DNA from: an uncultured Planctomycetaceae bacterium
GTDB lineage: Bacteria > Planctomycetota > Planctomycetia > Pirellulales > UBA1268
Length of the DNA stretch: 64,000 nt
Reading direction: 5' to 3'
Assembly: GCA_903885565.1 (NCBI GenBank)
Contig: CAISJI010000010.1
Span: forward strand, 899-64,898
This document shows positions 11,337 to 20,730 of this stretch, piece after piece. The notes under the pieces are model-generated. The model saw only the letters and a list, made by a program, of their open reading frames with translations. It did no database searches and was not told where the DNA came from. Numbering within the stretch: position 1 is the first letter of the stretch; every line of letters starts with the position of its first letter. Both the position numbers and the translations under genes were made by a program.

Positions 11337-13148
11337 TCAACTCCGATCGGCGCCTGTGTCGAGCACCGCCATGAAGGCCTTTTGCGGAATATCGACGCTG
11401 CCGATGCTCTTCATCCGCTTCTTGCCCTCCTTCTGCTTGGCCCACAGTTTTTTCTTGCGGGAGATGTCGCCACCGTAGCACTTGGCCGTGACATTCTTCC
11501 GCATCGCCGAGATCGTCTCGCGGGCGATCACCTTGGTGCCGATCGCCGCCTGCAGCGCGATTTCAAACATGTGGCGATCGATCTCCCCACGGAGTTTCTT
11601 CACGATCGATCTGCCGCGCCGGTCGGCATCGCGGCGGTCGCAGATGATCGAAAGGGCATCCACCTTCTTGCTCCCCACGAGGATGTCGAGGCGGGCCAGA
11701 TCGGCGGGAAAATAGCCGATCAATTCGTAGTCCATCGTGCCGTAGCCGCGCGTCACGCTCTTCAGCTTGTCGTGGAGATCGTAGATCACCTCGGCCAAGG
11801 GAAGATCGAATGTGAGCATGGCCCGCGTTGGGGAGAGGTATTCTGTTTTGAGATACACCCCGCGGCGATCGGTGCATAACTGCATGATCGGCCCGATGTG
11901 CTCCACCGGCGTGAGGAAATTGGTGCGCACGATCGGCTGGCGGAATTCATCGATCTGCCCGGTGTCGGGCACATCCTGCGGGTTGGTGATCTCGATCACC
12001 TCGCCGGTGGTCTTCTTGATCTGATACGTGACGTTGGGAGCGGTCTGCACCAGATCGAGATCGGCCTCCTTCTCCAGCCGCTGCTGGATGATCTCCATAT
12101 GGAGCAGCCCGAGGAACCCGCAGCGAAAGCCGAAGCCGAGCGCCTCGCTGCTCTCCGGGGCATATTCAAACGAGGGATCGTTGATCGCCAGTTTTTCCAG
12201 CGCGTCGCGCAGTTCCTCGAAATTCTCCCCCTCGGAGGGATAGAGGCCGCAATAGACCATCCGTTGCGGCGGCTTGTAGCCGGGCATCGCTGTGGCGCCG
12301 TTGTCGCCGGGAATCGTCACGGTATCGCCGATGTGAACCTGCTTCACATCCTTGATGTTGCAGACGAGATACCCCACCTGTCCTGCGAAGAGCTCCTCGC
12401 AGGCCCGCCGCTGCGGCACAAACTGCCCCAGCTCCAGCACATCGTGCGTGCTGTTGGTTTCGAGAAACCGGATCTTCTGCCCCTTGCGCACGGTGCCGTC
12501 GACGAGTCGCACGTAGGTGATGGCGCCCCGGTAGCTGTCGTAGTGGCTGTCAAAGATCATGGCCCGCAGGACGGCATTGGGGTCGCCCGCCGGCGGCGGA
12601 ATCCGCTCCACGATGCCCGCCAGCAGTTCGTCGATGCCGATCCCTGTTTTCGCGCTGGCCAGCACGACGTCGGCGGCGTCGAGCCCCAGGCTCTGCTCCA
12701 TCTCGGCGAGCACCTCATCGACGCGGGCGTGGACGAGATCGACCTTGTTGATCACCGGCACGATTGCCAGGTTGAGATTGATCGCGGAATAGGCGTTGGC
12801 CACGGTCTGGGCCTCGACCCCCTGAAACGCGTCGACCAGCAGCACGGCCCCCTCGCAGCAGGCGAGGCTGCGGGAAACCTCGTAGTGGAAATCGACGTGG
12901 CCGGGGGTGTCGATGAGGTTGAGCTCGTAGACTTCCCCCTTGTGGGTGTATTCCATGCGCACGGCGCGGGCTTTGATCGTGATCCCCCGCTGCCGCTCCA
13001 GCTCCATGTCGTCGAGCATCTGCTCCTTGAGCTGACGCTTCTCCACGGTGCCCGTCCATTCGAGCAATCTGTCGGCCAGCGTGCTCTTGCCGTGGTCGAT
13101 GTGGGCGATGATCGAAAAATTACGGATGTGCTTGCAGTCTATAGACAT
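11337..13148 (-). CDS. lepA: Elongation factor 4
   Basis: IRNFSIIAHIDHGKSTLADR, GFRCGFLGLLH, KCYGGDISRK. Confidence 0.98.
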   Translation of the reverse strand: MSIDCKHIRNFSIIAHIDHGKSTLADRLLEWTGTVEKRQLKEQMLDDMELERQRGITIKARAVRMEYTHKGEVYELNLIDTPGHVDFHYEVSRSLACCEGAVLLVDAFQGVEAQTVANAYSAINLNLAIVPVINKVDLVHARVDEVLAEMEQSLGLDAADVVLASAKTGIGIDELLAGIVERIPPPAGDPNAVLRAMIFDSHYDSYRGAITYVRLVDGTVRKGQKIRFLETNSTHDVLELGQFVPQRRACEELFAGQVGYLVCNIKDVKQVHIGDTVTIPGDNGATAMPGYKPPQRMVYCGLYPSEGENFEELRDALEKLAINDPSFEYAPESSEALGFGFRCGFLGLLHMEIIQQRLEKEADLDLVQTAPNVTYQIKKTTGEVIEITNPQDVPDTGQIDEFRQPIVRTNFLTPVEHIGPIMQLCTDRRGVYLKTEYLSPTRAMLTFDLPLAEVIYDLHDKLKSVTRGYGTMDYELIGYFPADLARLDILVGSKKVDALSIICDRRDADRRGRSIVKKLRGEIDRHMFEIALQAAIGTKVIARETISAMRKNVTAKCYGGDISRKKKLWAKQKEGKKRMKSIGSVDIPQKAFMAVLDTGADRS

Positions 13149-13199
13149 AAGCCGGATTGTAGCCTGTGGACGGGGATCGGGTGCGAACCGGCATGAAGC

Positions 13200-14258
13200 T
13201 CAGGCCGTGGGGATGGCATGGCGGCTGTTTTGCAGGCTCGCCCGAGCCATTCCGGCAGCGCCGATATAGCCTGCATTGCCGCCGAGAATGGCAAAGCGGA
13301 TCGGCGTCTTTGCGGCGAGGGTTGGCAGGGCCCGCAGTCGCACCTCCTGCCGCACCCGCTCCAGAAAGGCCCGGCCGATGGGAGACTGCTCGCCGCCAAA
13401 GGTCATCGCGCCGCCGAGCACGACCGCCGCGGGGTCGATGGTGTGCATCAGGCTCACCACGCCAATCCCCAGCCAGCGGGCCGATTCGAGGATGATTTCC
13501 AGCGCTCTGGTGTCGCCGGCGGCGGCGGCCGACGCAATCAGGATCGGGGTCAGTTCCTCTCCGCCGGCCACGGCTTTGGCCAGAGGGCCCAAGCGGCCCG
13601 CTTCGCTGTCGAGCGCCTCGCGGGCGAGGCATTGAAGCGCCGTGGCGCTGGTATAGGCCTCCAGATGGCCGGTGTGGCCGCAGGGGCATTTCCGGGCGGA
13701 GGGGGCAGGGTCAACGATGATGTGACCACACTCAGAGGCATGGCTGTGGGCCCCCTCAATCGCCTCGTCGCCGATGACGATCCCGCCTCCCACTCCGGTG
13801 CCGAGCGTGAGCAACAGCAGGCTGGAATACTCCTGCCCGGAGCCGACCCAAAACTCCCCGTAGGCTGCGGCATTGGCGTCGTTGGCATAGGTGACAGGCA
13901 GCCCGCAGTGGTGGGCGACCCGATCGCGGATGGCGAAGCCGTCCCAGCCGGGAAGGTTGCCCGCTCGAATGATCGTGCCGGTGGGAATGTCCTGCGGGCC
14001 GGGAGTGCCGAGCCCCACTGCGGCAATCTCAGCCGGCGCGATCCCCGCGAGATTCGCCACGGTGTGGACGGCCCGTCCCATACGGCAGGCAGCATCTTCC
14101 GGGCCGCGCGAGACATGCGTCGGCTCGGTGTGAAACGCCAGCGTCCGCCCCGCGCTATCCACCAGCCCCACCTTGATATTCGTGCCCCCCAGATCGATGC
14201 CGGCAAAGAACGGACTGGCCGCGCCTCGGGCTGGCAGCCAGTGGGAGCTGTCGTGCAT
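13200..14258 (-). CDS. ROK-family sugar kinase (glucokinase-like)
   Basis: GIDLGGTNIK, NDANAAAYGE, LGTGVGGG, CPCG..GHLE; no HTH. Confidence 0.9.
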   Translation of the reverse strand: MHDSSHWLPARGAASPFFAGIDLGGTNIKVGLVDSAGRTLAFHTEPTHVSRGPEDAACRMGRAVHTVANLAGIAPAEIAAVGLGTPGPQDIPTGTIIRAGNLPGWDGFAIRDRVAHHCGLPVTYANDANAAAYGEFWVGSGQEYSSLLLLTLGTGVGGGIVIGDEAIEGAHSHASECGHIIVDPAPSARKCPCGHTGHLEAYTSATALQCLAREALDSEAGRLGPLAKAVAGGEELTPILIASAAAAGDTRALEIILESARWLGIGVVSLMHTIDPAAVVLGGAMTFGGEQSPIGRAFLERVRQEVRLRALPTLAAKTPIRFAILGGNAGYIGAAGMARASLQNSRHAIPTA

Positions 14259-14374
14259 GGAATGGGCTTTGGAAAAAAGGTGACTCTTGCGGTCAGGGGA
14301 GCGGATCTGACCGGCGGTGAGTGGATCCAGCCGGCGGGGAGTGAACATCGGTGGCCGTGCAGAGGCCGGCAGGC

Positions 14375-15919
14375 TCAGTCGGCGGGGAGCCGGCTCACTT
14401 CCACCGTGGGGAGGGGGCCGGTGCAGGCCTTCATGAACTCCACCAGATCGGCCTTCTCCTGAGCCGAAAGCTTGAGCGGCCGGATCTTGTCGCTGAGATT
14501 CGCGTTCGGATGGCCTCCCTTGTCATACCACTCCACTACCTCTTCGAGAGTCGCCACCGATCCATCGTGCATGTAGGGGGCATTGAATGCCACATTCCGC
14601 ACGGTGGGAGTTTTGAAGGCACCGGTATCTTTGGGGTCTTTGGTCACCACAAACCGGCCCAGATCGGGCTCGGGCTTCTCCATGCCGATACCGATGTTGT
14701 GGTATTTCTCATCCGCCAGATTGGCGCCGACATGGCAGGCAGTGCAGTTGCCCTTTTCGCTGAAGAAAATCTCACGGCCCCGCTTCGCCTCCTCCGACAT
14801 CGGATGGGCAGCAGCGGCCGCCTGCGCCGCCGCAAAGGAGGCGGCCAGGTCCTTGTCGTCGGCGATGTCTTCGGCATCGAGGGCGGCAAACGGCCGCAGC
14901 TGCTCGTTGTAGTCGTACGGGGAGGGGGAGGTGACGATCGCTCGCTCGAAGGCGGCTATTGCCTGCCCCACTCGATCGATCGAAACCTCACCAAAAATCT
15001 TCTCAAACTGCCGGCGGTAGACCGGCATTTCGCCGAGCCGCTTCACGACGCCCTCATGGGTGAAGCCCATTTCGATCGGGTTGGCAATCGGGCCCACGGC
15101 CTGTGCTTCCAGGGAATCGGCCCGGCCGTCCCAAAACTGGGCTCCGGAGAGGATGCGATTGAATGCTACGGGTGAGTTGCGGCCCCCCTGCTGCCCGCGC
15201 ACGCCCACGCCAGTTTTTGTATGGGCGGAATATCCTTCGGCAGGGTTGTGGCAACTGGCGCAGCTCACTGTGGCATCGACCGAGAGCCGCGGATCAAAAT
15301 AGAGTTGCCGCCCCAGTTCGATCTTGGCCCGCGTGAGCGGATTTTTTTCCAGCCCCTGGATCTGCCCTGCTCCCTGCGAGAGCCCCAGTGGGAGCACTGG
15401 GTCGAGTTCCTCGAAGTTTGCCGGATTGGCCAGCCAACCGTCGATCTGTTCGAGCGTGATCAGTCCGCTGCCCGGCACGCCGGCGGTCAGCGCCGGATCT
15501 CCGAGCATCACCTTCTGCCGCGCTGCGGGTGCCGATACGGGAACCGCAGCCACAGGCGCCGGCAGTGCGGCATCCTTGACGGCCGTGGCCACCGGCGGGG
15601 CGGGGGGCTCGGTGCCGGCGGCCGCCTCCTTGATGGCGGTGTCGGCAGCGGCCTTGGCGTCATCGGCGGCGCGCTTTGAGGCCGCGGCCTCGGTGAGGGC
15701 AGGCGGGGCTACGGGGGCAGGCGTGGCGGGGGCGGTCTCAATAGCCTCCACCTCGACAACCTTGTTGTTGGTGGCGCGGCCGGCAGGTGCGCATCCCCAG
15801 CCCCCCAGGAGAGCAACCGCCGCGATGAGGCAGGCTGCCGGCCAGAGCGATCGCGTCGTGACGGAAAGAGAGCAACGAACCGGGGTACGGTGTGAGGCTG
15901 TCGACAAGGGATAACGCAT
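14375..15919 (-). CDS. Di-heme cytochrome c peroxidase/MauG-family lipoprotein
   Basis: LGRQLYFDPRLS, CASCH, QFWDGRA, CTACH, FKTPTVRN, PYMHDG; Ala/Pro linker after lipobox-like GWGC. Confidence 0.9.
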   Translation of the reverse strand: MRYPLSTASHRTPVRCSLSVTTRSLWPAACLIAAVALLGGWGCAPAGRATNNKVVEVEAIETAPATPAPVAPPALTEAAASKRAADDAKAAADTAIKEAAAGTEPPAPPVATAVKDAALPAPVAAVPVSAPAARQKVMLGDPALTAGVPGSGLITLEQIDGWLANPANFEELDPVLPLGLSQGAGQIQGLEKNPLTRAKIELGRQLYFDPRLSVDATVSCASCHNPAEGYSAHTKTGVGVRGQQGGRNSPVAFNRILSGAQFWDGRADSLEAQAVGPIANPIEMGFTHEGVVKRLGEMPVYRRQFEKIFGEVSIDRVGQAIAAFERAIVTSPSPYDYNEQLRPFAALDAEDIADDKDLAASFAAAQAAAAAHPMSEEAKRGREIFFSEKGNCTACHVGANLADEKYHNIGIGMEKPEPDLGRFVVTKDPKDTGAFKTPTVRNVAFNAPYMHDGSVATLEEVVEWYDKGGHPNANLSDKIRPLKLSAQEKADLVEFMKACTGPLPTVEVSRLPAD

Positions 15920-16077
15920 GAAGAACTCTCCTGCCAAAATCCGTCTGGAACGCAGCGGCGACAAAGCGGTCGCCATGCTGGGAAGAAGCGATGCCGGCAA
16001 ATTCTAGTCGTTCCCCCCGCGAAGGGAAACACGCCTTCCCCGCCGGAAAGCAGGGGGCAGACGCAGCCTGCCGGGAA

Positions 16078-16569
16078 TCAGTAGCCGGCGATGTCGGCCG
16101 TGGCGAGCCATTCCAATTCGCCCGGCTGCCCCAGGCCGTCGTCGAGCCGGATCGCTGCCACCGCCCCTTTTTGCATGCGAATGGCCGCCGAACCGTCGCC
16201 GATGGTCAGCGCCACCAACCGGCCGACGCAGGGGGCGTGGCCCACCCAAGCCACCCGGGCGGCGTCCTGATGAATAGTCCACTCCACCAGTGCCTGCCAG
16301 TCGGAGCCGGGGGCGAGGGCATCGACCACCACCGGCGGGTGAGCCCCGAGCACCTCGGCGAGAATCTCGGCTGTCTCGCGTGTCCGCACCAGCGGACTGG
16401 TGGCGATCAGATCGGCCTGCAGGCCGAGTCCGCAGAGGTGCTTGGCAAACTTCTCAAATCGCTTGCGGCCGCGCTTGGTCAGTTGCCGGGCATAGTCGTC
16501 GATGCCGGGGCCGGCATCCTCGGCCCAGGCATGGCGGATGATGGAGAGATGGGTGGTGAGATTGGGCAT
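16078..16569 (-). CDS. sixA: SixA-type phosphohistidine phosphatase
   Basis: IRHA, RQLTKRG, TSPLVRTRETA, VGHAP. Confidence 0.85.
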   Translation of the reverse strand: MPNLTTHLSIIRHAWAEDAGPGIDDYARQLTKRGRKRFEKFAKHLCGLGLQADLIATSPLVRTRETAEILAEVLGAHPPVVVDALAPGSDWQALVEWTIHQDAARVAWVGHAPCVGRLVALTIGDGSAAIRMQKGAVAAIRLDDGLGQPGELEWLATADIAGY

Positions 16570-16670
16570 CGAGGGGGCACGCTGGGGAGGGAACGGGGAA
16601 GCAGCGGGAGTTGTGACCGCCGGCCGCTCCACGCGCTGGCATTGTCGGTCGGCGAGTCGGCCGTGGCAAG

Positions 16671-17621
16671 TTAGGCATTTCGCCACAGCGACGCTTCCGC
16701 CACGCCAGCGCTGGCCGCAGCCGGGCCAGCCTCCTCTCGCCAGCGGCGGGCATCGAGGGGATAGCCCGCGGTGGGACGCAGGCCGGGCACGCGGTCTGAC
16801 CAAAACGCATTGAAGGCGAGCATCGCGAGTTCGCGCACATACTTGGCCGTCATGCTCGCCAGCGCCACCGGCACGCGCGCCTCCCCTCCCACAGCAAATT
16901 CGACGCGAGCATCGGCCGCCGGCAGGGCATAGGCGGAGCAGGCGGGAGTTTCGCTGAGCGTCTGCACCAGCGGCACCGCGAAGTGCCGGCCGAGCAGCGC
17001 CGCATACGATTTCCGCCCCCCATGCCGATCGCACCAGACCAGCGCCGGTTCCTCCGGCCAGCGCGCCCGCAGCGCAGCCGCCAGTTCCAGTGTCGCCTGT
17101 GAGAGGATATCGGCCTTGTTAAGACCGCGGGCGAGGCTCGCGTTGAACTCCGCCGGATAGATCGCCCGGCAGACCACTCCCCGCAGCGTTGCCTGCTGCC
17201 CGGCGAGCGCTTTCTCCAGAGCAGCGACCAGCCGGCTGATGGCCGTGGCGCTGGTGGCCCGGGGGAGCGTGAGCGAGTCGAGTCGATCCCAGTCGGGCGA
17301 TCCCCCGACCGGTCCGATCGGGCCGAGCTGTTCTGCCAGCGCCGGCCAGGCGGCAGGCAGAGGCAAACCGGTCAGGCACAATCCTGTCAGCACCCCCTCC
17401 TCCAGCAGCGCGAGCCCCCGATCGACCGGTCCAGTCTTGTAGAGTTGCTTCGAATCGGCCCACAGCAGTGTCCGCCTCCCCGGCACTGCCTGAGCCATGG
17501 CCAGCGCCAGGTTCGCCGCGGGCTCGGCCGAGTCCCCCACATGCCAGGCGGTGGCAGCCACGACGAGCGGACCGAGGTTCGGTCCGTAGCCCGCCTCATC
17601 GGTGCCGATGCAGAGCGTCAT
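16671..17621 (-). CDS. RNase HII-fold protein, divergent
   Basis: IGTDEAGYGPNLGPLVV, ADSK, WCDRHGG, VALASMTAKYVRE, GYP. Confidence 0.75.
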   Translation of the reverse strand: MTLCIGTDEAGYGPNLGPLVVAATAWHVGDSAEPAANLALAMAQAVPGRRTLLWADSKQLYKTGPVDRGLALLEEGVLTGLCLTGLPLPAAWPALAEQLGPIGPVGGSPDWDRLDSLTLPRATSATAISRLVAALEKALAGQQATLRGVVCRAIYPAEFNASLARGLNKADILSQATLELAAALRARWPEEPALVWCDRHGGRKSYAALLGRHFAVPLVQTLSETPACSAYALPAADARVEFAVGGEARVPVALASMTAKYVRELAMLAFNAFWSDRVPGLRPTAGYPLDARRWREEAGPAAASAGVAEASLWRNA

Positions 17622-18136
17622 GCGGAATGGCCGCCGGCCAGAGCGGGAAACTGCCGGCAGTATTCGTAGACGGCAATGGCGGTGGAGGTAGCGGCGTTGA
17701 GGCTGTGCGGGAGGCCGGCCATCGGGATTTCCGCCACCCGATCGAGCCGCTCCAGAACATCTTCCTCCAGCCCCAGCCGCTCGTTGCCGATTACCAGTGC
17801 CGTCCGGCCCACAAAGGGAAATGTGAACAGCCGTTCTGAGTGAGTTGTCTGCTCCAGTCCCACCAGTTGGTAGCCGGCGGCCCGCAGCCGATCGAGCACC
17901 GGGGGAAGGCTGCGATGCACCTCCAGCACCACCGACTCGGCGCCATCGCGGGCGATCCGCTCGTCGAGCCGGGTGGCACCGCAGGCGATCACGCGGCTGA
18001 TGCCGAAGCAGCCGCAGGTGCGTACGATGTGGGAAAGATTCACATGGCTGCGCAGCGGCGCGCAGGCCACGATCAGCTCGCGAGGAGTCGCGAGGATTTC
18101 GGGAGGCTTGTGGCGAATGTGGGAAAAACGATTCAT
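17618..18136 (-). CDS. TrmH/SpoU RNA methyltransferase
   Basis: NLSHIVRT, LVIGNERLGL, IPMAGLPHSLNAA. Confidence 0.9.
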   Translation of the reverse strand: MNRFSHIRHKPPEILATPRELIVACAPLRSHVNLSHIVRTCGCFGISRVIACGATRLDERIARDGAESVVLEVHRSLPPVLDRLRAAGYQLVGLEQTTHSERLFTFPFVGRTALVIGNERLGLEEDVLERLDRVAEIPMAGLPHSLNAATSTAIAVYEYCRQFPALAGGHSA

Positions 18137-18704
18137 GCGATCGAGCGGTCGCTTCTGCTGCGTGGTGGGGATGCTGGTCGCTGCTACGACGACAGTATCG
18201 ACTGTAGCATTGTGCGCCGCAGCGGAGGTTTCGGCACAGGGTGCGGTGGATGTAAAGCTCGTAGACCATGCCGGGCTGCTTGCCGAAGTGGCCCGCCAGC
18301 GGGGGAAGGTGGTTGTGCTCGATTGCTGGAGCACCTCCTGTCCGCCGTGCGTGCGGGAATTTCCCCGGCTGGTCGATCTGCAAAATCGCCACGGCGACCA
18401 GATTGCCTGCCTGTCGCTGTCGCTCGACTACGAGGGGATCGATAAGCCAGAGGATCTGCTGCCGCCGGTGCGAACGTTTCTGGAGCAGGTGCAGGCTGGT
18501 CGACTCGTCAACATGCTGGCCAGTGAGGAGTCAGACAGCCTCTATCCGAAATTGGGAATCGACAGTGTGCCGGCGGTGTTTGTGTATGGCCGCGACGGCA
18601 CGCTGCTTCAGCGGTTTGATGAGGACGACTCCACCAAACGCCTCGGCCGCCCCTTTACATATGACGACGTGGAAACGGTTGTAAAGCAGGCCCTTGCGCC
18701 GTAG
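18135..18704 (+). CDS. TlpA-family thioredoxin-like protein
   Basis: GKVVVLDCWSTSCPPCVREFP, signal peptide; start at 18135 or 18171. Confidence 0.88.
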   Translation: MRSSGRFCCVVGMLVAATTTVSTVALCAAAEVSAQGAVDVKLVDHAGLLAEVARQRGKVVVLDCWSTSCPPCVREFPRLVDLQNRHGDQIACLSLSLDYEGIDKPEDLLPPVRTFLEQVQAGRLVNMLASEESDSLYPKLGIDSVPAVFVYGRDGTLLQRFDEDDSTKRLGRPFTYDDVETVVKQALAP

Positions 18705-18840
18705 CGGCAGGCCGAGAATCTGTCGCAGCAGCGGGCCGGTTCCAGCTGCCATCAACTGGCCGTGGACCGCGTCTTCTCCGTCCTTTTTTTCACCCTTTTT
18801 CTGATCACGGATCCGCGACACTCTTCACAAGAAGCCCTCT

Positions 18841-18909
18841 TGGAGCTATCTGAAGCAAATCGTGAGCGAGCTGGGCCAGAAGGCTGTGGTGGCTGTGGAA
18901 TCGCGATGA
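18841..18909 (+). pseudogene. C-terminal remnant of an AbiEii-like toxin gene
   Basis: Reads WSYLKQIVSELGQKAVVAVESR*, aligning with YLVQAVSELGEKALAALKSRS* at 20421-20486. Confidence 0.55.
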
Positions 18910-18925
18910 CTCCTGCCGCCTGCGG

Positions 18926-19411
18926 CTATTCGTTGACGAAGGCCAAGGCACGGTCGAGCAGCGACCGCGACAGGAACATGCCGCCGCGAAGCAGATCCTC
19001 CACAACCGGCCGCGCCGCAGGTATGATCCCGTGCCTTCGAGCACGAAGCACGATGCCCAGTGTGCCAATGACCGGGATACCGAGCGACGCCGCGCACTTG
19101 CGTCCAGCGAGATCGTCGATCACCGCACGACTGTCGGGTAGCCCCAGGGAATCGGTCAGCACTGCGCTCTCACCGGGCCCCAGCCCCCACTGCATGATTG
19201 TTGGAGAGATTTCAGCCGTTTCCCGTACCGCCAGCCAAGGGTATGAAGTCAGCTGACGAACGGTAACATCGTCGGGTCCTCGAAACCGCAGTTCCTCGGC
19301 CACAATGCGCGGAACCCATACCTGTGCCGCAACACTCCGCAATAACGGCAGATGCCCGCCTCGACTGAGAAAGATGAGCGGCGAGGCGTTGACGACGCAC
19401 ACCTCAGCCAT
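18926..19411 (-). CDS. DUF3368-type PIN-domain toxin
   Basis: VVNASPLIFL, LGPGESAV, IDDLAGRKCA, VIGTLGIV. Confidence 0.88.
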   Translation of the reverse strand: MAEVCVVNASPLIFLSRGGHLPLLRSVAAQVWVPRIVAEELRFRGPDDVTVRQLTSYPWLAVRETAEISPTIMQWGLGPGESAVLTDSLGLPDSRAVIDDLAGRKCAASLGIPVIGTLGIVLRARRHGIIPAARPVVEDLLRGGMFLSRSLLDRALAFVNE

Positions 19412-19655
19412 CGGCGATCTCACGGGCAAGTTCGTCAAGACTGACGCGGAACGAGTCCTCGCCATGCCGGGCAAGGGCCAGCAGAAAATCGGTTCGGTCG
19501 AGCCCCGCGACGCTCGCCGCCACCTCCTGGGAAATCGCGCCCCTGCGATACCAGTTCATCGCGGCGGCCAACCGCAGTTCGCTGCCAAAATGCATCGGGT
19601 CTTCCCGCATCGCGGCAAAAACTTCGTCGGGCATCTGCAATGTCACGGTTGTCAT
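19404..19655 (-). CDS. UPF0175-family antitoxin
   Basis: ELRLAAAMNWYRRGAISQEVAASVAGLDRTDFL; AGGAGA RBS; overlaps PIN gene. Confidence 0.88.
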   Translation of the reverse strand: MTTVTLQMPDEVFAAMREDPMHFGSELRLAAAMNWYRRGAISQEVAASVAGLDRTDFLLALARHGEDSFRVSLDELAREIADG

Positions 19656-19699
19656 GGGGCTCTCCTGAGTCCAAGTCTACCCAGCGAGAAAAGGCGGAT

Positions 19700-19782
19700 A
19701 AAAGGTGCCAGCCACCAAATTTGGGTAGTCTCGGTCGTTTGTCTTTGCCTCTCTTCGCCACATGTGGTGGCCGGCGCCTTTT
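19700..19782. repeat. Family C REP-like inverted pair, short spacer
   Basis: AAAAGGTGCCAGCCACCAAATTTGG ... CCACATGTGGTGGCCGGCGCCTTTT, 21/25 complementary. Confidence 0.75.
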
Positions 19783-19811
19783 CTTCCCGTCGTGGCAGAC
19801 AGCACATAAAC

Positions 19812-19846
19812 TTGCACTTTCTGCAATCTTTTGTAGAGTCAAGTCT
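19812..19846 (+). promoter_or_regulatory. Putative leaderless sigma70 promoter within an imperfect inverted repeat (AbiEi operator candidate)
   Basis: TTGCAC-N16-TAGAGT, ATG 7 nt later; ACTTG..CTGCAA / TTGTAG..CAAGT dyad. Confidence 0.5.
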
Positions 19847-20389
19847 ATGCAGGCTCTCAAGCAACTCGCTCACACCCTGCGTCGATTGGCGGATCGCGAG
19901 CATTGCGTGTTTGCCACTTCAGATTTGGCCGCGGCCGTGCCGGAGTGCGGACATCTGGCGGGGCTTCTGTCCCGGGCCGTGAAGGGCGGGTTGCTCGAGC
20001 GGATCTGCCGGGGCATCTACCTCTATCCTCTGCCAGACTCCCCGACCGGCCATTTACTTTTTTTTACGGCGGCGCGGCTGCGGGCGGGAGAGTTCAATTA
20101 CATCAGCCTCGAGACCGTCCTCTCCGACGCCGGTGTGATCTCCCAGGTCCCGATGAACTGGATCAGCATCATGACCTCTGGCCGCAGCGGCGTGATCGAC
20201 TGCGGAAACCACGGCCATATCGAGTTTGTGCACACCGCAAAGCGCCCTGACGACGTCAGTCGCGAACTGACGTACGACCCGGATTGCCGCCTCTGGCGGG
20301 CCTCCGTGCGGCAGGCCCTGCGCGACATGAAGGCCACCCACCGCAGTCTGGACCTCGTGGATGAGGAGGCGGCCCATGAGCTTGTTTGA
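19847..20389 (+). CDS. Type IV TA antitoxin, AbiEi family
   Basis: wHTH LERICRGIYL, YISLETVLSDAGVISQVP, TSGRSG. Confidence 0.85.
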   Translation: MQALKQLAHTLRRLADREHCVFATSDLAAAVPECGHLAGLLSRAVKGGLLERICRGIYLYPLPDSPTGHLLFFTAARLRAGEFNYISLETVLSDAGVISQVPMNWISIMTSGRSGVIDCGNHGHIEFVHTAKRPDDVSRELTYDPDCRLWRASVRQALRDMKATHRSLDLVDEEAAHELV

Positions 20390-20486
20390 CCAGCTCGTCG
20401 ACGTGGCCCTGCGCACCCGCTATCTGGTGCAGGCCGTGAGCGAGCTCGGCGAAAAGGCCTTGGCGGCTTTGAAGTCGCGATCCTGA
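20376..20486 (+). pseudogene. AbiEii toxin gene collapsed by internal deletion (36 aa)
   Basis: MSLFDQLVDVALRTR fused to YLVQAVSELGEKALAALKSRS*; overlaps abiEi stop where the toxin is expected; no catalytic GG/DLD core. Confidence 0.6.
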
Positions 20487-20581
20487 TCGCCCGGCCCTGC
20501 TGGCGCCCGTGCCGCCTGTCGAGCAACACCGCTCCCGTGGCGAAATCAATCCATGGCACCTTTTCCTCGCTCTCCCTCCGT

Positions 20582-20670
20582 TGACCTGCCCCCCTTAAAC
20601 GGCACCACTTTCAGAGAGAGAATCTGGGGGTTTGACGCTGCCCCCAACTTGGTACCAGCCGAGTTGTTAG
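20582..20670 (+). mobile_element. Two tandem IS3-family (IS407-group-like) terminal repeat remnants
   Basis: TGACCTGCCCCCCTTAAACGGCACCA (20582) and TGACGCTGCCCCCAACTTGGTACCA (20633); no transposase. Confidence 0.5.
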
Positions 20671-20730
20671 CCATGCAGGGCCGCGGCAGCGCACCCGATT
20701 CCCCCGCGACGCTCCAGGACCCTAGTTACT

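Noticed and set aside
18880-18900. GGCTGTGGTGGCTGTGGAA resembling a MITE A end
   Set aside because: Better explained as coding sequence of the AbiEii-like remnant; no further MITE similarity.
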